DNA from: a virus
Taxonomy: Duplodnaviria; Caudoviricetes
Length of the DNA: 52,998 bases
Virus record (IMG/VR): IMGVR_UViG_3300031659_000011
Span: 1-52,998 of that record
Strand: one strand, 5' to 3'
The notes beneath the pieces are model-generated. The model was not told the DNA's origin and ran no database searches. It saw only the letters and a list, made by a program, of their open reading frames with translations. This document shows positions 43,701 to 52,998 of the stretch, piece by piece (the first letter of the stretch is position 1; every line of letters begins with the position of its first letter). The position numbers and the translations under genes are program-made.

Positions 43701-44976
43701 GCTTCCCTTGACTTTTAGGGTCCATAGACACAAGCACGTCATCTATGACAGCTTGGTTTTCTTCTACGCTTTTAACCTCGGGACTAATAAACTGTATAAC
43801 AGGTTCAAAACCCTTTCCGATAATACTTTCTGAGCGCATGCCTTTTTGTAGCTCATGCTTAATCTGGTCGTCTATAGAGTACTGACGCCTGCCCACCGCG
43901 CCGGCCACCGCACCTACGGTGCCACCGCCAACTGCGCCTTGCAACCCACGCTCATGGGACTCGGCTAAATATTCTTCGGGGGTATATCTATCACCTACGG
44001 CGGTACCTATAGTTTCACCGCCAAATTCAACCTGCTCTTGGAGGTACTCAGATCCGGCCTCCGCCGTAATAGATTTAGCCATGCGAAGTAGCATTGGACC
44101 GCCTTGGGTAAACGCATCTATAACGTATTTACCACCGAAGCGCTCTGAGGCTGTGATGAGTAGGGCAGTTGCTCCGCCCACTGCAACATCGCTAGCGTTA
44201 GGTTTACCTTTTCGCCCGTCCATGGACGCGCGGTTTTGTGCAATTTCCTCAGTCCTACTGGTGAGGTATACTGGGGCCGCTAAGATAGCTGCTGCCATGT
44301 CGGGCAGGGATACTAACCCAGCCTCAACGCCAAAAGCGGCTAGAGTAGTTAGTCCATCTACGAACCCTTCAGTGTTTTTAAAATCGTCCCAGCTAGTTCC
44401 TTGCTCGTACCCTAAATCTATGTCAGTCACAGCGCTCTGAGCCTTGCGGAGTATCTTACCGCCACCGTCAGCGCTGTAGTCGGCCCACTCCTTGCCGTTT
44501 AAATATGTGAACCCATCCTTTTCACTGAGCGTAAATCCGCCGAGCCCCCCTGCGAAGGTATCACTTTCTTCTATAAGGTCGCCGACAGTGTCAACCGCGC
44601 CTACTAGGTTTCCAGCTAAGGTGGTCCCTCTGTCTACGAAACCAGCTAATATATTCCCTACGCTAAACCCTTCAAACCCCGTGTTAGAGTCTAAAGGGGA
44701 TAAGTCCCCCTCAAAGTTGAAGTTGTAGTCCTTATTTGAGCTCTCAGATTCTACAAGTGCGGGGACTTGCTGCTGCTCTTGCTCTTTTTGTTGTTCCTGT
44801 TGCTTATACTCTTCAGCTAACTGGACTTGCTGGGCCTTGTACTCCTCGGCTAATAAACTCTGTTCGCGCTTGTAGGCGTCCACAGCGTCCACGGGGGCCA
44901 CGGGCTCAGGTGTCTGTTGAATGATAGGTGCTACGTCTTCTTCTTCATCGCCTTCAAAAACTAAATTGTATCTCAT
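40780..44976 (-). CDS. Large internal virion (ejection) protein
   Basis: 1398 aa; AEAGSEYLQE glycine-zipper region, low complexity, three internal G..F.T..AA..YA repeats. Confidence 0.65.
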   Translation of the reverse strand: MRYNLVFEGDEEEDVAPIIQQTPEPVAPVDAVDAYKREQSLLAEEYKAQQVQLAEEYKQQEQQKEQEQQQVPALVESESSNKDYNFNFEGDLSPLDSNTGFEGFSVGNILAGFVDRGTTLAGNLVGAVDTVGDLIEESDTFAGGLGGFTLSEKDGFTYLNGKEWADYSADGGGKILRKAQSAVTDIDLGYEQGTSWDDFKNTEGFVDGLTTLAAFGVEAGLVSLPDMAAAILAAPVYLTSRTEEIAQNRASMDGRKGKPNASDVAVGGATALLITASERFGGKYVIDAFTQGGPMLLRMAKSITAEAGSEYLQEQVEFGGETIGTAVGDRYTPEEYLAESHERGLQGAVGGGTVGAVAGAVGRRQYSIDDQIKHELQKGMRSESIIGKGFEPVIQFISPEVKSVEENQAVIDDVLVSMDPKSQGKLDFRNNIEGTAPERLGIGWQDVVQGVNDLTGPDVPNITQDDLGPFPDRGTAVAQAEKLGLKDDLVPVKGDDGGFTLKTPMDASTDFRAKIAKNAADKLKSEQYSDVSDSLITPSRVQLSEPESIGAPATYTVATKSSEDVDVKISRDKGEVTVSSDAGIFKYDKKTAKGKTDGELIALQFDPQDFTSAVKNTPQTPAATEPTATSVERVDVDAQGKAIPPVKTDISTKIDSDSGEVTESRADKPTKAVKFKDDPTKETIYQRKVNRGINKGEGVPFETKQAADLYANQKGIDVNKFKSVVQSDGSGWVLERSISKLEQRRIAETGVTKTKDYGPSNNEGSTTVAGSPRLDMQAGSTTPTATSGTRTEVDETGKVLPPLNLPTPKAEETPEAPATEDLVYRTEVTKGANSGKKYPFKTALAANIYASSKDLEGYSVRPEDGGFILYKAKPVSKLKQRQESRLIKLGSETDNDVATSPSPDKFQAGDTIPSASFVEGSKEVVDTEVAPVEKAGPEEDVVFKGTRSRGKNKGKGISFKTKLEADMHASREDLDGYTSRAVDDGWVLTKPKPETPTQTEESNAKQSETEKKAKTKETTAETAKPETTSLEGIKAKLAKFRRKLRGKSHTELKSLAKDAGVKQAGTKRAVANRLVLARELFERVGKVYKTEKEIREAVSSGEITRADLANFAGLKTSSTTPSEMATDTNTMTILGLLDGLMGSSSPSRIPKKEQEETSSARSKAAEATAEATYPKREAVGPELVTDLASLPSLNEGYFPEFIDPEIKGAALKLVNKVIEGAADIGYSLADILSAPTTMAPKYVNDLRSEFIEIVSLIPLSKNLKTIKSGKTNNLDISQMPSKIHNLTRKLGMFTNSEDVVAHIEKHYPELANLLDDSSGGVTPEAKTDSAEDSASNLDDNLSASSVAPEGSTVTPLGDIEVVDSENPDEVVGLSARDWLADIDSRIKAIHKLRGCLLS

Positions 44977-44988
44977 GGACGTTCCTTA

Positions 44989-46326
44989 TTATTTGTTAAA
45001 CCTGCCGTCGATAACAGCTTTACTTACTTGCTCTTCAGCGTCCTTTATGGGTAGGCCAGATTCAAGGAGGAAGCTTAGGAAACTTGCCTCTGATTTCATA
45101 GCGGTTTTAGGTACTGTAAAGCCCCCTTCATTAACTGGGGCGGGGGTGGGTACCTCCGTCTCAGCGCTGGGGACAGCGGCGTTCGTGGCGGCAACTGGGT
45201 CAGTCGGTACTCCTTTCAGCATACCCATGGTTTTTAATTTAGCCTGTCCATCGGGGCTAAGTATCTTATTTAACACACTAAAATCTGCAACACGCGTGCC
45301 CTTAGCTGCCGTAAGCTGACCGCTAATCTCCTTCACCTTAGCTACCGCTTCCTTGTATTCAGATGCCCCCCACAAGAAGTGGGTCTTTGGGGTGTCAGCT
45401 AAATCGGACTCCGCCGCTGATAGGTCCATTATGAGGGTTTCTAATGGCATAGACTTATTATCTTCTACAAGCTGATATATTTTGTTCATAAAGGTATTAG
45501 GTGTTTCGCCCGTGATATCCCTATATATAGTACCGAGCGCAACCGCCTTCGCATGGTTAGCTTTGGAGTCCTCGTCAATAAACATTGAAATATTATTAGC
45601 ACCTACAGTTGAATAGTTGTCCTTAGAGGACGTGTATACGCTTTTGTAGTCGGCTTGTAGTTGTTTCTCTTCAGCCTTCTGAGCCTCAGTGAGAACTACC
45701 CTACCTGAGAATATCTTCTTGATGTTCCCACTCTCGAGGTCTTCCCCTACGAGTATTTGTCCGGGACTTAGAACCTTAGTCTGCTTGCGTATTACTTCTA
45801 GCGCGTTCTCATGAGCTTTCTTTGCCACAGATTCATCAGAAACAACTTTAGCCTCCGCAGTATCTATTTCCTGCATGTACTTAGTTGCGTTTTCGATAGA
45901 GTTACGGTTGAACTTCAGCGTTTCGGCTATCTTATTTACGTCGGCAAGAGTTTTTGCGGCGTTTATATTCGCGGTCACTGCCGCTGAGTTTTTATCTTTT
46001 TGACCAGCTAATAGCAGTAGGGCTGCGTCTTTAGCTGCTTTTACCGCGTCCTCTCCGAGCTGTATCTCCTGCATGTATCTGTCTGAATCCCTGACAACCT
46101 CACGGTTGTGACTTACTGTTGCGGCTGCTACCGAGTTCTCATTGGTGCGCTTATCAGAATCTATTTTCCACTGATTTAGCCTTACATCTCTTTTATTCTG
46201 CGCGATAGCCAGCCTCTCTTCAGCGGCTATTAGCTTAGCTTCTTCGCTGTTTTCTTTGTCAACCTCAATGTACTGATCAGCGGCGCCCTTGACTCCGCCG
46301 GCTAATGCCATTCCTAGCATACCCAT
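44989..46326 (-). CDS. Internal virion protein (putative)
   Basis: Helical 445-aa protein in the ejectosome cluster. Confidence 0.55.
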   Translation of the reverse strand: MGMLGMALAGGVKGAADQYIEVDKENSEEAKLIAAEERLAIAQNKRDVRLNQWKIDSDKRTNENSVAAATVSHNREVVRDSDRYMQEIQLGEDAVKAAKDAALLLLAGQKDKNSAAVTANINAAKTLADVNKIAETLKFNRNSIENATKYMQEIDTAEAKVVSDESVAKKAHENALEVIRKQTKVLSPGQILVGEDLESGNIKKIFSGRVVLTEAQKAEEKQLQADYKSVYTSSKDNYSTVGANNISMFIDEDSKANHAKAVALGTIYRDITGETPNTFMNKIYQLVEDNKSMPLETLIMDLSAAESDLADTPKTHFLWGASEYKEAVAKVKEISGQLTAAKGTRVADFSVLNKILSPDGQAKLKTMGMLKGVPTDPVAATNAAVPSAETEVPTPAPVNEGGFTVPKTAMKSEASFLSFLLESGLPIKDAEEQVSKAVIDGRFNK

Positions 46327-47009
46327 TAGACTACTCCCCCTGAAAGCATACCTTGAGAAGGCTGGCCCTGCATGGGTTGGCCCTGCATGGGTTGGCCCTG
46401 CATAGACTGAGTGGGTTGAACCTCTTGTCTCGGGGGTGGTGAACCGGCCATAGGACCAGCTAAGGCCTTCATGCCCTCTGTCACCTCAGCCATAATCTCG
46501 GGGGTAGCAATATGCGGATGAGACTTGGCGTACATATCCATAGTTGCCCCGAGAGCTTTAGATACGTGGTCTTGACTCATGCCTTCAATAGACTCACTAG
46601 TAAGCACATCTTCAATGAGCATACTGAATAGTTCCATGCCTACCTTTGTTATTACTAAGGGGTCTATGGCGCCTTGGTTCTCTGTCTCTAACTCTTTGAT
46701 TACAGTGTTGATGGCTGTAGCTACTGACTTATCGAATTTATCAAGACCGTTAGCTTCAAACATATTCATCAAGCTATCAAACCTTTCGTCGTATAGGAGC
46801 TTAACACCCTTCTTTATGAGCTCTTGCTCCTCGGGGGTGCCAGAATCCGTGGGTAGAGGTGCGTCTAATCCCCCTCCAGCCATACCTGCCAGCTGTCCTT
46901 CGACCGTAGAGGGCTCCCCCTCAGGCATAACCATACTTGGATCTACAGTCAAGGGGGAGGTGCTTCCTTCCCCTTCTTCGGGTAACATTCTGTCGTCTAA
47001 CATACCCAT
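46326..47009 (-). CDS. Hypothetical virion-associated protein
   Basis: 227 aa; MQGQP repeats at the C-terminus. Confidence 0.55.
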   Translation of the reverse strand: MGMLDDRMLPEEGEGSTSPLTVDPSMVMPEGEPSTVEGQLAGMAGGGLDAPLPTDSGTPEEQELIKKGVKLLYDERFDSLMNMFEANGLDKFDKSVATAINTVIKELETENQGAIDPLVITKVGMELFSMLIEDVLTSESIEGMSQDHVSKALGATMDMYAKSHPHIATPEIMAEVTEGMKALAGPMAGSPPPRQEVQPTQSMQGQPMQGQPMQGQPSQGMLSGGVV

Positions 47010-47012
47010 TAT

Positions 47013-47774
47013 CTATCTCCTATTAGGGTTAAACTGAGGGCTAGAGAGCATGCGAACCCCTCCCGTCCTAGGGTTAAAACCTCTCCACCTAGCCCTAGCG
47101 GCTTCGGCTTCGGCCTCTTTAGCCTCTTGTACTTTCTGAGCGGCGGAGCCCGTCATGTAACCATCGGCTAATCCTGATGCAGCCCCTGCGGCCACTCGCT
47201 TCATTCCGTCGCCGTCGAAGAAATCTTTCACACCGTCAAACATACCTGTATCTTTTGTAAGAGGGTCAACAGTCAAGTCCCCACCCGTCCTGTTTAATGA
47301 CAGGTCAGCAGCTTTTATAGTATCTAAGCTAGCACCCGCGGTTTCGTTTAGGCCAGCGACATCGACGCCCCCAGAAGCAACAGAGGAGGGGTCTGCCACA
47401 CCGCCGTAGTCTATAGGATCACCTGCGTGCATTGACCCTAAGTTAGACGTAGACGAACCCAGACCTCTGGTTATATTATTTGTCACGGGCGCCGATCTCC
47501 CTAGCCCAAGGTGGTCGGGCATACTGGACACGGGGGTGGGGCTGGTAACGCTGGGGGATATGCTCCCCCCTACATCCGCGGTTGTTGTAGGGGCCACCGT
47601 CGTCGTCGAGGCGCTGGCCGTCATAGACGCTTGCACCTGATAGCCGGCGTACATGCCCGCAGCCACGCCTAACATGTTGGCTATCTTAGGGTCTACACCT
47701 AAGGCCTCCGCAATCTTAGGGACAATTTTTGCCACTACCATTGAAACTACTACTTGTGCAACGTATGCTGCCAT
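47013..47774 (-). CDS. Putative DNA-transfer/pilot protein
   Basis: Hydrophobic N-terminus, Gly/Ala/Ser-rich; follows the GNAT gene as in other podoviruses. Confidence 0.5.
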   Translation of the reverse strand: MAAYVAQVVVSMVVAKIVPKIAEALGVDPKIANMLGVAAGMYAGYQVQASMTASASTTTVAPTTTADVGGSISPSVTSPTPVSSMPDHLGLGRSAPVTNNITRGLGSSTSNLGSMHAGDPIDYGGVADPSSVASGGVDVAGLNETAGASLDTIKAADLSLNRTGGDLTVDPLTKDTGMFDGVKDFFDGDGMKRVAAGAASGLADGYMTGSAAQKVQEAKEAEAEAARARWRGFNPRTGGVRMLSSPQFNPNRR

Positions 47775-47776
47775 GA

Positions 47777-48202
47777 CTACTGTACCTCTATGTAATTTAA
47801 GCCTTGTGGCTTTAAGCCTATCTTGGTAAGGAGTTTACCGTATCTGTCCCCTTTTGAGAAATCAGTTAGCTGTATAACTTGAGCACCGTTCTCCTTGGAC
47901 CACCTAATAAAATCTTCTACTAACAATTTGGTGCCGCCTTTAGCGTACATAAGTATATCCGATGCGCACATGACCCCAACATAATTTTCGGCAATTATCC
48001 CGCACATACCACCTAACATAACCCCGTCCCTGACTGCCAGTTTGGCATAGCCCTTGTCAAAGGCCATCATAGTCACTGCGGTCCTGTGGGCCTTAGACTC
48101 ATCAAAAGGTAAGTCTTTAAATATAGACTCAGCGTGCACGTACCTAATGAGAGCCATAATGGCGGGCATGTCGGCATGGGTTGCGTCTTGGATAGTTATC
48201 AT
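47777..48202 (-). CDS. GNAT-fold protein of the virion module
   Basis: IQDAT.AD.PAI...LL..FI.W.KE.GA...LL..IG pattern. Confidence 0.65.
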   Translation of the reverse strand: MITIQDATHADMPAIMALIRYVHAESIFKDLPFDESKAHRTAVTMMAFDKGYAKLAVRDGVMLGGMCGIIAENYVGVMCASDILMYAKGGTKLLVEDFIRWSKENGAQVIQLTDFSKGDRYGKLLTKIGLKPQGLNYIEVQ

Positions 48203-48206
48203 TTAG

Positions 48207-50294
48207 TTATCCTACTGCCACCATATCCTCAGCTAAACTGTCGCTATATAAGGGTAGGTCATCTTGGTTATTAGCCGCGTTTACTTGTGCGGCTTTCCCG
48301 TTCAGGATTTCAAGCATCTCATCCCACGTTTCCTTAACATATGGCTTAGTGTGTATGGGGTGGTCAGAATCAAAAACTGCATCATCGCTGAATACTTCAC
48401 CATTAACGCCGTACAGACGATGGTTAGTGGTATCCATAGTGTAGTAAGTATCAAAAGGATCAACTAGCTCGGATCGGTCTGCTTCAAATACATACTTCCA
48501 AGTTCCGTCCTCTAAGACAAAATGCTCGTCTGTCATAATGGTGCCGTTGTAGTTATAAAAGTCTCTGCTACTTAGACCCGTTCTAGTTTTCAGAACCGTA
48601 CCCCCCTGCACCTTATCACCAACCTTAATATCTTCGACTACTTTGTAGGCGCCATCGGCCATGCAGAATAGAGTGCCTTTAGCAAAACAGCCTGAGCCAT
48701 CTCCGCCACCGACTCCACCACTGCCACCACGACCACCACCATAGTTGCCACCGCCTCCATTATCGTCTCCACCTCCATTATATCCGCCGCCCTCTCCATC
48801 TCCGCCGCCGCTATCACCGCCACCGCCCCCATTAGATGGAGGCGGTGGCGGAGGCGCAGGTGTGGGGTCCCCAGCTTCAGGGGGTCTAGGAGTAATATCC
48901 GTTCCGTTGCTAAACTCAAAAGTAGCGTTAGCTGAATATAACAGTGTAGCTATCATCTTAGACGCTACTTCAGGGTCGTCGCTGTTGGCTATGATAGTCC
49001 CCATATCAGCATACAGCTGCATAACTATATTGCCGTTTATTGAGTCCATGTTCCTGTCGCTAGCCCACTTAGCCTCTAAAGCTGCCACTTCTGCGGCTAG
49101 CTGAGAGTCCATACGCATTAACTGCGCATCTAAGTCGGCTTGGTAAGCCCCAAATTCTTGGTCGTTCATGGCCCCAGCGTATAGCTTAGCGGCGTTATTT
49201 TCAGCTTCTGCATTGAACTTATTAGTCGCGTTTATTTCCGACGCGTTAAAAGCTGCAGTGTCATTTTCTTCTGTAACATTAAACTTGTTAATGTCTGTTT
49301 CAGTATTGATATTGAACTGGTCAGTAGCGTTACCCTCACCAGCATTAAACTTATTCGTGTCAGTTAAAAGACCCGCGTTAAACTTACTGGTGTCTTGGTT
49401 AGCTAATGCGTTAACTCTGTCGGCTTCGTTAGTATATCCTAAGTTAGCTAAATCCATCTCAGCTATCATCTGCGCGTCTTGCTGCGCGATAGGTAGAGAG
49501 GCGTCGATAGCCGCACCATGTGCTGCGCCTACCGCCATACTTGAGTTAAGCATTCCCCTAGCGTTCGACTGCTGGTTAGCTGCGGCCTGAGCCCGTTGCA
49601 TATAAGCGCTGTCGGAGCTTAGCAGCCCCGTCATGCGGTCTTCAACGGTGCTAGATACGTTCCCTTGGGAGGCATCATATCCCGCGTACTCCGATACCCC
49701 TGCCTCCGCGGTGTTGACTTCTGCCGTGCTCGCGGGGTTTACCTGACCAGCTTCAACAGTCTGAGCAGGGGCTGAGGTTGTAACCTCAGCTTTAGTGGCG
49801 CTGGGGGCCTTGACTTGTACGCTTCCTGCATCTAGCTTTGGCACCTCGTACCTATTGCCACCACCTGAGTCAGGTGGGGGAGGCGCGGGTGGGGTGTCTG
49901 CTGGTCCGCTATCATATACAGGTCCCCAAGTGTAGGGCGGGTGACCTAAATCATTCCTAGGGATAGCCGGCATAGGATAACCCTTGCTAGGAGTAGCCGG
50001 CATAGGATAACTCTTAGGAGGATTATGGGGCAAAGGATAATTCTTATGGGGCATCTCACGGGGAGGTGGCGAAGGCCTCCCTACCGTGAACTCGTTAGTA
50101 AAGGTGGGGGCCTTAGGTTTAGCCGCCCGAACTGGCGCTGGAGCGGGAGCCGCAACAGCCTTAGGGGGCGATACGGGCGCATGTCTAGTCTTCTGAGATG
50201 GGCCCAATGGGCGCCCGTCCGGACTTTGGCGTCTCCCGTTACTGTTGCGGGGCGGCGACGGGGCTGCGTATGTTTCTTTAGGATGTCTAGGCAT
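48207..50294 (-). CDS. Virion-module protein with N.FNA repeats, Pro/Gly linkers and a C-terminal Hint domain
   Basis: G/CFAKGT...DG..K.VEDIKVGD.V, TDEH block B, and YTMDT.NH motifs. Confidence 0.75.
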   Translation of the reverse strand: MPRHPKETYAAPSPPRNSNGRRQSPDGRPLGPSQKTRHAPVSPPKAVAAPAPAPVRAAKPKAPTFTNEFTVGRPSPPPREMPHKNYPLPHNPPKSYPMPATPSKGYPMPAIPRNDLGHPPYTWGPVYDSGPADTPPAPPPPDSGGGNRYEVPKLDAGSVQVKAPSATKAEVTTSAPAQTVEAGQVNPASTAEVNTAEAGVSEYAGYDASQGNVSSTVEDRMTGLLSSDSAYMQRAQAAANQQSNARGMLNSSMAVGAAHGAAIDASLPIAQQDAQMIAEMDLANLGYTNEADRVNALANQDTSKFNAGLLTDTNKFNAGEGNATDQFNINTETDINKFNVTEENDTAAFNASEINATNKFNAEAENNAAKLYAGAMNDQEFGAYQADLDAQLMRMDSQLAAEVAALEAKWASDRNMDSINGNIVMQLYADMGTIIANSDDPEVASKMIATLLYSANATFEFSNGTDITPRPPEAGDPTPAPPPPPPSNGGGGGDSGGGDGEGGGYNGGGDDNGGGGNYGGGRGGSGGVGGGDGSGCFAKGTLFCMADGAYKVVEDIKVGDKVQGGTVLKTRTGLSSRDFYNYNGTIMTDEHFVLEDGTWKYVFEADRSELVDPFDTYYTMDTTNHRLYGVNGEVFSDDAVFDSDHPIHTKPYVKETWDEMLEILNGKAAQVNAANNQDDLPLYSDSLAEDMVAVG

Positions 50295-50388
50295 TATATG
50301 TCTCCCACACCACTAGGTGCGTGTTGATCAAGCAGCTGCGCATGGCTAGCTACTGTTGTTGTATGCTTTAAAAAGATGTTAACTTCTT

Positions 50389-50895
50389 TCATTGGTGATC
50401 TCTCAAGTAGCTTATGGCGCGCGTAAGCGAACTTACGTCATCGTCAAAATGACCTAAAGCTAGGTTACATCTTACGCATAGTAGCCCCCTAACACCACCA
50501 GATGCGTGATCGTGGTCTACCGCCAACTTCTTAGTTAGCTCATCTTCATGCTTATCGCATATTGAGCAAGAGTAATTTTGACTCTTTAGCATACTTTCAT
50601 AGTCTGAAAGGCTTATGCCGTACCGATTTAGGAGCTTAGCGTTTATAACCTTCGCGGGGTTAGCGCGACTCCAATTCCTAGAGCGCTTCCGAATCTTAGC
50701 CCTTTCTTCTTCGCCATGGCCGCGGACTTTGCGGTTATGGCAGCTAGAGCAAGTGTTTTTTCGCCCATACTTAGATGATTTATCCTTTAGGAAATCTAGC
50801 AAATCAGTTTCAGAGTATGCGTGTTTATCACAAAGAGGGCAGACTCTTAGCGCTTCCGCCCCTCCTACATTCACAGTGCGTTCATCAAGTGACAT
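50389..50895 (-). CDS. Endonuclease VII-domain homing endonuclease
   Basis: RYGI...DY......Q...CSIC...LAVDHDH..G.VRGLLC..CN.ALG; N-terminal CxxC pairs. Confidence 0.9.
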   Translation of the reverse strand: MSLDERTVNVGGAEALRVCPLCDKHAYSETDLLDFLKDKSSKYGRKNTCSSCHNRKVRGHGEEERAKIRKRSRNWSRANPAKVINAKLLNRYGISLSDYESMLKSQNYSCSICDKHEDELTKKLAVDHDHASGGVRGLLCVRCNLALGHFDDDVSSLTRAISYLRDHQ

Positions 50896-51000
50896 TAAGG
50901 AATCCCTCGGTCAGCCTATTAATGAGGATAGCTCAGGTTAATAGCGAGCTATCCGCCGATTAGTAATACCTCAATGTAGGGGTATTACTTCTCCTAGGTT

Positions 51001-51210
51001 CTAAGCTGCCGCAGCCGTGAGTGAACTAAGGTCTTCATTAGTCCAGTAATCTTTAGCGATCATAATATCTAAGTGTTCCTTGTTACGAGCCAGCGTGTCA
51101 GCCCAATCTTCGTCGGACATACCGCTAGGTTTACCAGCGTTGATCAGGTCTACTGAATCAAGTGCTGCGCTGTAGTTTTGTGCTATTTCTTCTGCTGTTA
51201 AGTCGGTCAT
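51001..51210 (-). CDS. Small tail-associated hypothetical protein
   Basis: EEIAQNYSAALDSVDLIN...RNKEHL.IM..KDYWT; follows the fibre gene. Confidence 0.7.
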   Translation of the reverse strand: MTDLTAEEIAQNYSAALDSVDLINAGKPSGMSDEDWADTLARNKEHLDIMIAKDYWTNEDLSSLTAAAA

Positions 51211-51214
51211 TATA

Positions 51215-52996
51215 TTATCCTTCTAGTAAAGTTAAACGTGCTTCAAGGGCATCGTTCTTGGTTGAAAGTTCTTGTATGGCTTTTATCATTGACCAAAAGA
51301 TGGGGTCTGTATTGACTTGTTTTAGCCCGTGGTCATTCTCAGAAACTGCGTGGGGTAACACTAATTCTAACTCTTGTGCTATCACTCCTGTTTGCAATCC
51401 AGCAGCATCAGATGTAGTTAAACCTTCTATTGTGACTTCTTCTGGAGTTCTGAAAGTAAAGTCACGCACTTGGATAGCATCAATCTTCGCTAGACCATGA
51501 GGACTGTCTACAATGTTTTTCTTAATCCGTTCATCAGAAATAGTAGACCAAGTAGTTGTATTATCCCCCTGATAGCACCCACCTGCGGAACTACCATGTA
51601 TCCATACAGCGGCATTACCTACACCAGCATTACTACGCGCAATCCATAATTGAGTGTTCCCTACTGTTTCTGACCCACCTGCGTTGTACCCAATACGCAC
51701 GTTTTCTGACCCTGTTGTAACAGTCGAACCAGCTTGATACCCTACAAATGTATTATTATTTCCTGTTGTCGTAGCAACACCAGATAAATAGCCAACGGCG
51801 GTGTTGTTACCACCCGTGGTGGTGTAACGAAGTGCGTTATAACCATGAGCCGTGTTGCTAGATGCGGTGGTGGCTGTGGCTAATGCCCTTGAACCTGTTG
51901 AGGTGTTATAAGTTCCAGTGGTGTTGGCCTTTAAAGCCTCAAAACCAATACCCACATTCCAGCTTGCTGTGGTATTACTGAATAACGCGCTATGACCATG
52001 AGCAGTATTATTACTACCTGTAGTGTTGCTGTATAGGGAGTTTATACCTACGGATGTGCCGTTAGACGCTGTAGTGTTAGCACCTAAAGAACCTACACCC
52101 ACGCCTGTATTCTGCCCGCCTGTAGTATTTGCATCTAAAGACTGAAAACCTACCGCAACATTATAAGCACCCGTGGTATTCGCATACAAAGCTGTACGAC
52201 CGACTGCCACATTGTTAGACCCCGTGGTATTCAACTGTAATGCACTTGAACCAACTGCCACATTATAGTCAGCGGTAGTTGTTGCAGAACCAGCCCAGTA
52301 ACCTACAAATGTATTTTCCAATGCGGTGGTAGTTGCCTTTCCCGCTGAATAACCCACGGCTACGCTGTCTCCGCCAGTGGTATTTGCGGTCATTGCCTGA
52401 TAACCCAAGGCTACGCTACGTTGGCCTGTGGTATTGGTGGCTAAGGCACTTTGACCCACAGCAACATTACTGACCCCTGTTGTGTTATCTCTGCCAGAAG
52501 CATCTCCAACAAAGGTATTTCCGACTCCCGTTGTTGTTTGTTTTCCTGAGTCTGTGCCGATAAATGTAGATGAGTTTCCTGTGGTATGTGACAATCCTGC
52601 GCCATAACCGACCGCAGTCATGTTTTCCCCTGTAGTATTAGCTAATAGGGCGGAAGATCCCACGGCTACGTTCTTAGTACCTGTGGTGTTCGCCATTAAA
52701 GAGGAGTACCCAACTGCTGTATTGTTACTCGCGGTGGTGTTAGAGTTTAAAGCTTTTGCGCCAGACGCGGTATTATAACTTCCTGTGGTATTAGCAAGTA
52801 AAGCCCAACTACCAGACGCACTATTCCTCAACCCCGTGGTATTCACCGTTAAAGCACTTGAACCTACGGCGGTATTGTTAGCTCCAGTGGTGTTCGTAGA
52901 TAATGCTTCATTACCGACTGCGGTATTTAGGCTTGCGGTGGTATTTGAGCCAAGGGCGTGGCGGCCTACAGCTACGTTCTGATAACCCGTTGTGTT
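51215..52996 (-). CDS. Tail fibre with NTTG..N.AVG..AL repeats and C-terminal peptidase S74 chaperone; 5' end beyond window
   Basis: 14-aa repeats; SDERIKKNI...GVIAQE...IKAIQELS. The frame stays open from 52846 to the window edge. Confidence 0.88.
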   Translation of the reverse strand, partial: NTTGYQNVAVGRHALGSNTTASLNTAVGNEALSTNTTGANNTAVGSSALTVNTTGLRNSASGSWALLANTTGSYNTASGAKALNSNTTASNNTAVGYSSLMANTTGTKNVAVGSSALLANTTGENMTAVGYGAGLSHTTGNSSTFIGTDSGKQTTTGVGNTFVGDASGRDNTTGVSNVAVGQSALATNTTGQRSVALGYQAMTANTTGGDSVAVGYSAGKATTTALENTFVGYWAGSATTTADYNVAVGSSALQLNTTGSNNVAVGRTALYANTTGAYNVAVGFQSLDANTTGGQNTGVGVGSLGANTTASNGTSVGINSLYSNTTGSNNTAHGHSALFSNTTASWNVGIGFEALKANTTGTYNTSTGSRALATATTASSNTAHGYNALRYTTTGGNNTAVGYLSGVATTTGNNNTFVGYQAGSTVTTGSENVRIGYNAGGSETVGNTQLWIARSNAGVGNAAVWIHGSSAGGCYQGDNTTTWSTISDERIKKNIVDSPHGLAKIDAIQVRDFTFRTPEEVTIEGLTTSDAAGLQTGVIAQELELVLPHAVSENDHGLKQVNTDPIFWSMIKAIQELSTKNDALEARLTLLEG

Positions 52997-52998
52997 TG

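Noticed and set aside
50389-50995. Group I intron hosting the endonuclease
   Set aside because: Flanking genes appear intact and no intron core is recognisable in the short flanks.

Overview
This window looks like a near-complete, circularly permuted genome of a tailed dsDNA phage with a podovirus-like virion module and an APSE-like replication module; both window ends fall inside tail-fibre genes. The minus strand carries lysis, terS/terL, portal, scaffold, major capsid, adaptor/nozzle and tail fibres (1-15.3 kb), a small early-type operon (16.0-18.9 kb), a Cro-like HTH/primase-helicase operon with MazG and an acyl carrier protein (19.7-25.0 kb), and tail fibre, endonuclease VII, Hint-domain and internal virion proteins ending in a 2456-aa LPD38 polyvalent protein (33.1-53.0 kb). 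The plus strand (25.2-33.1 kb) carries DUF932, DUF2800, DUF2815 SSB, a family A DNA polymerase, VRR-NUC, a Mom-like modifier, an SNF2 helicase and DUF3310. No integrase, RNA polymerase, tRNA or CRISPR array was recognised. The most striking feature is three complete type II hammerhead ribozymes on the sense strand of the early operon. Each sits between a TAG stop and the next RBS and is followed by a conserved 6-nt sequence able to sequester its own catalytic core. The operon is bracketed by two related tandem-repeat arrays, and an origin-like region with IHF-consensus sites lies next to it. Protein calls rest on motif recognition and gene order, not database searches.
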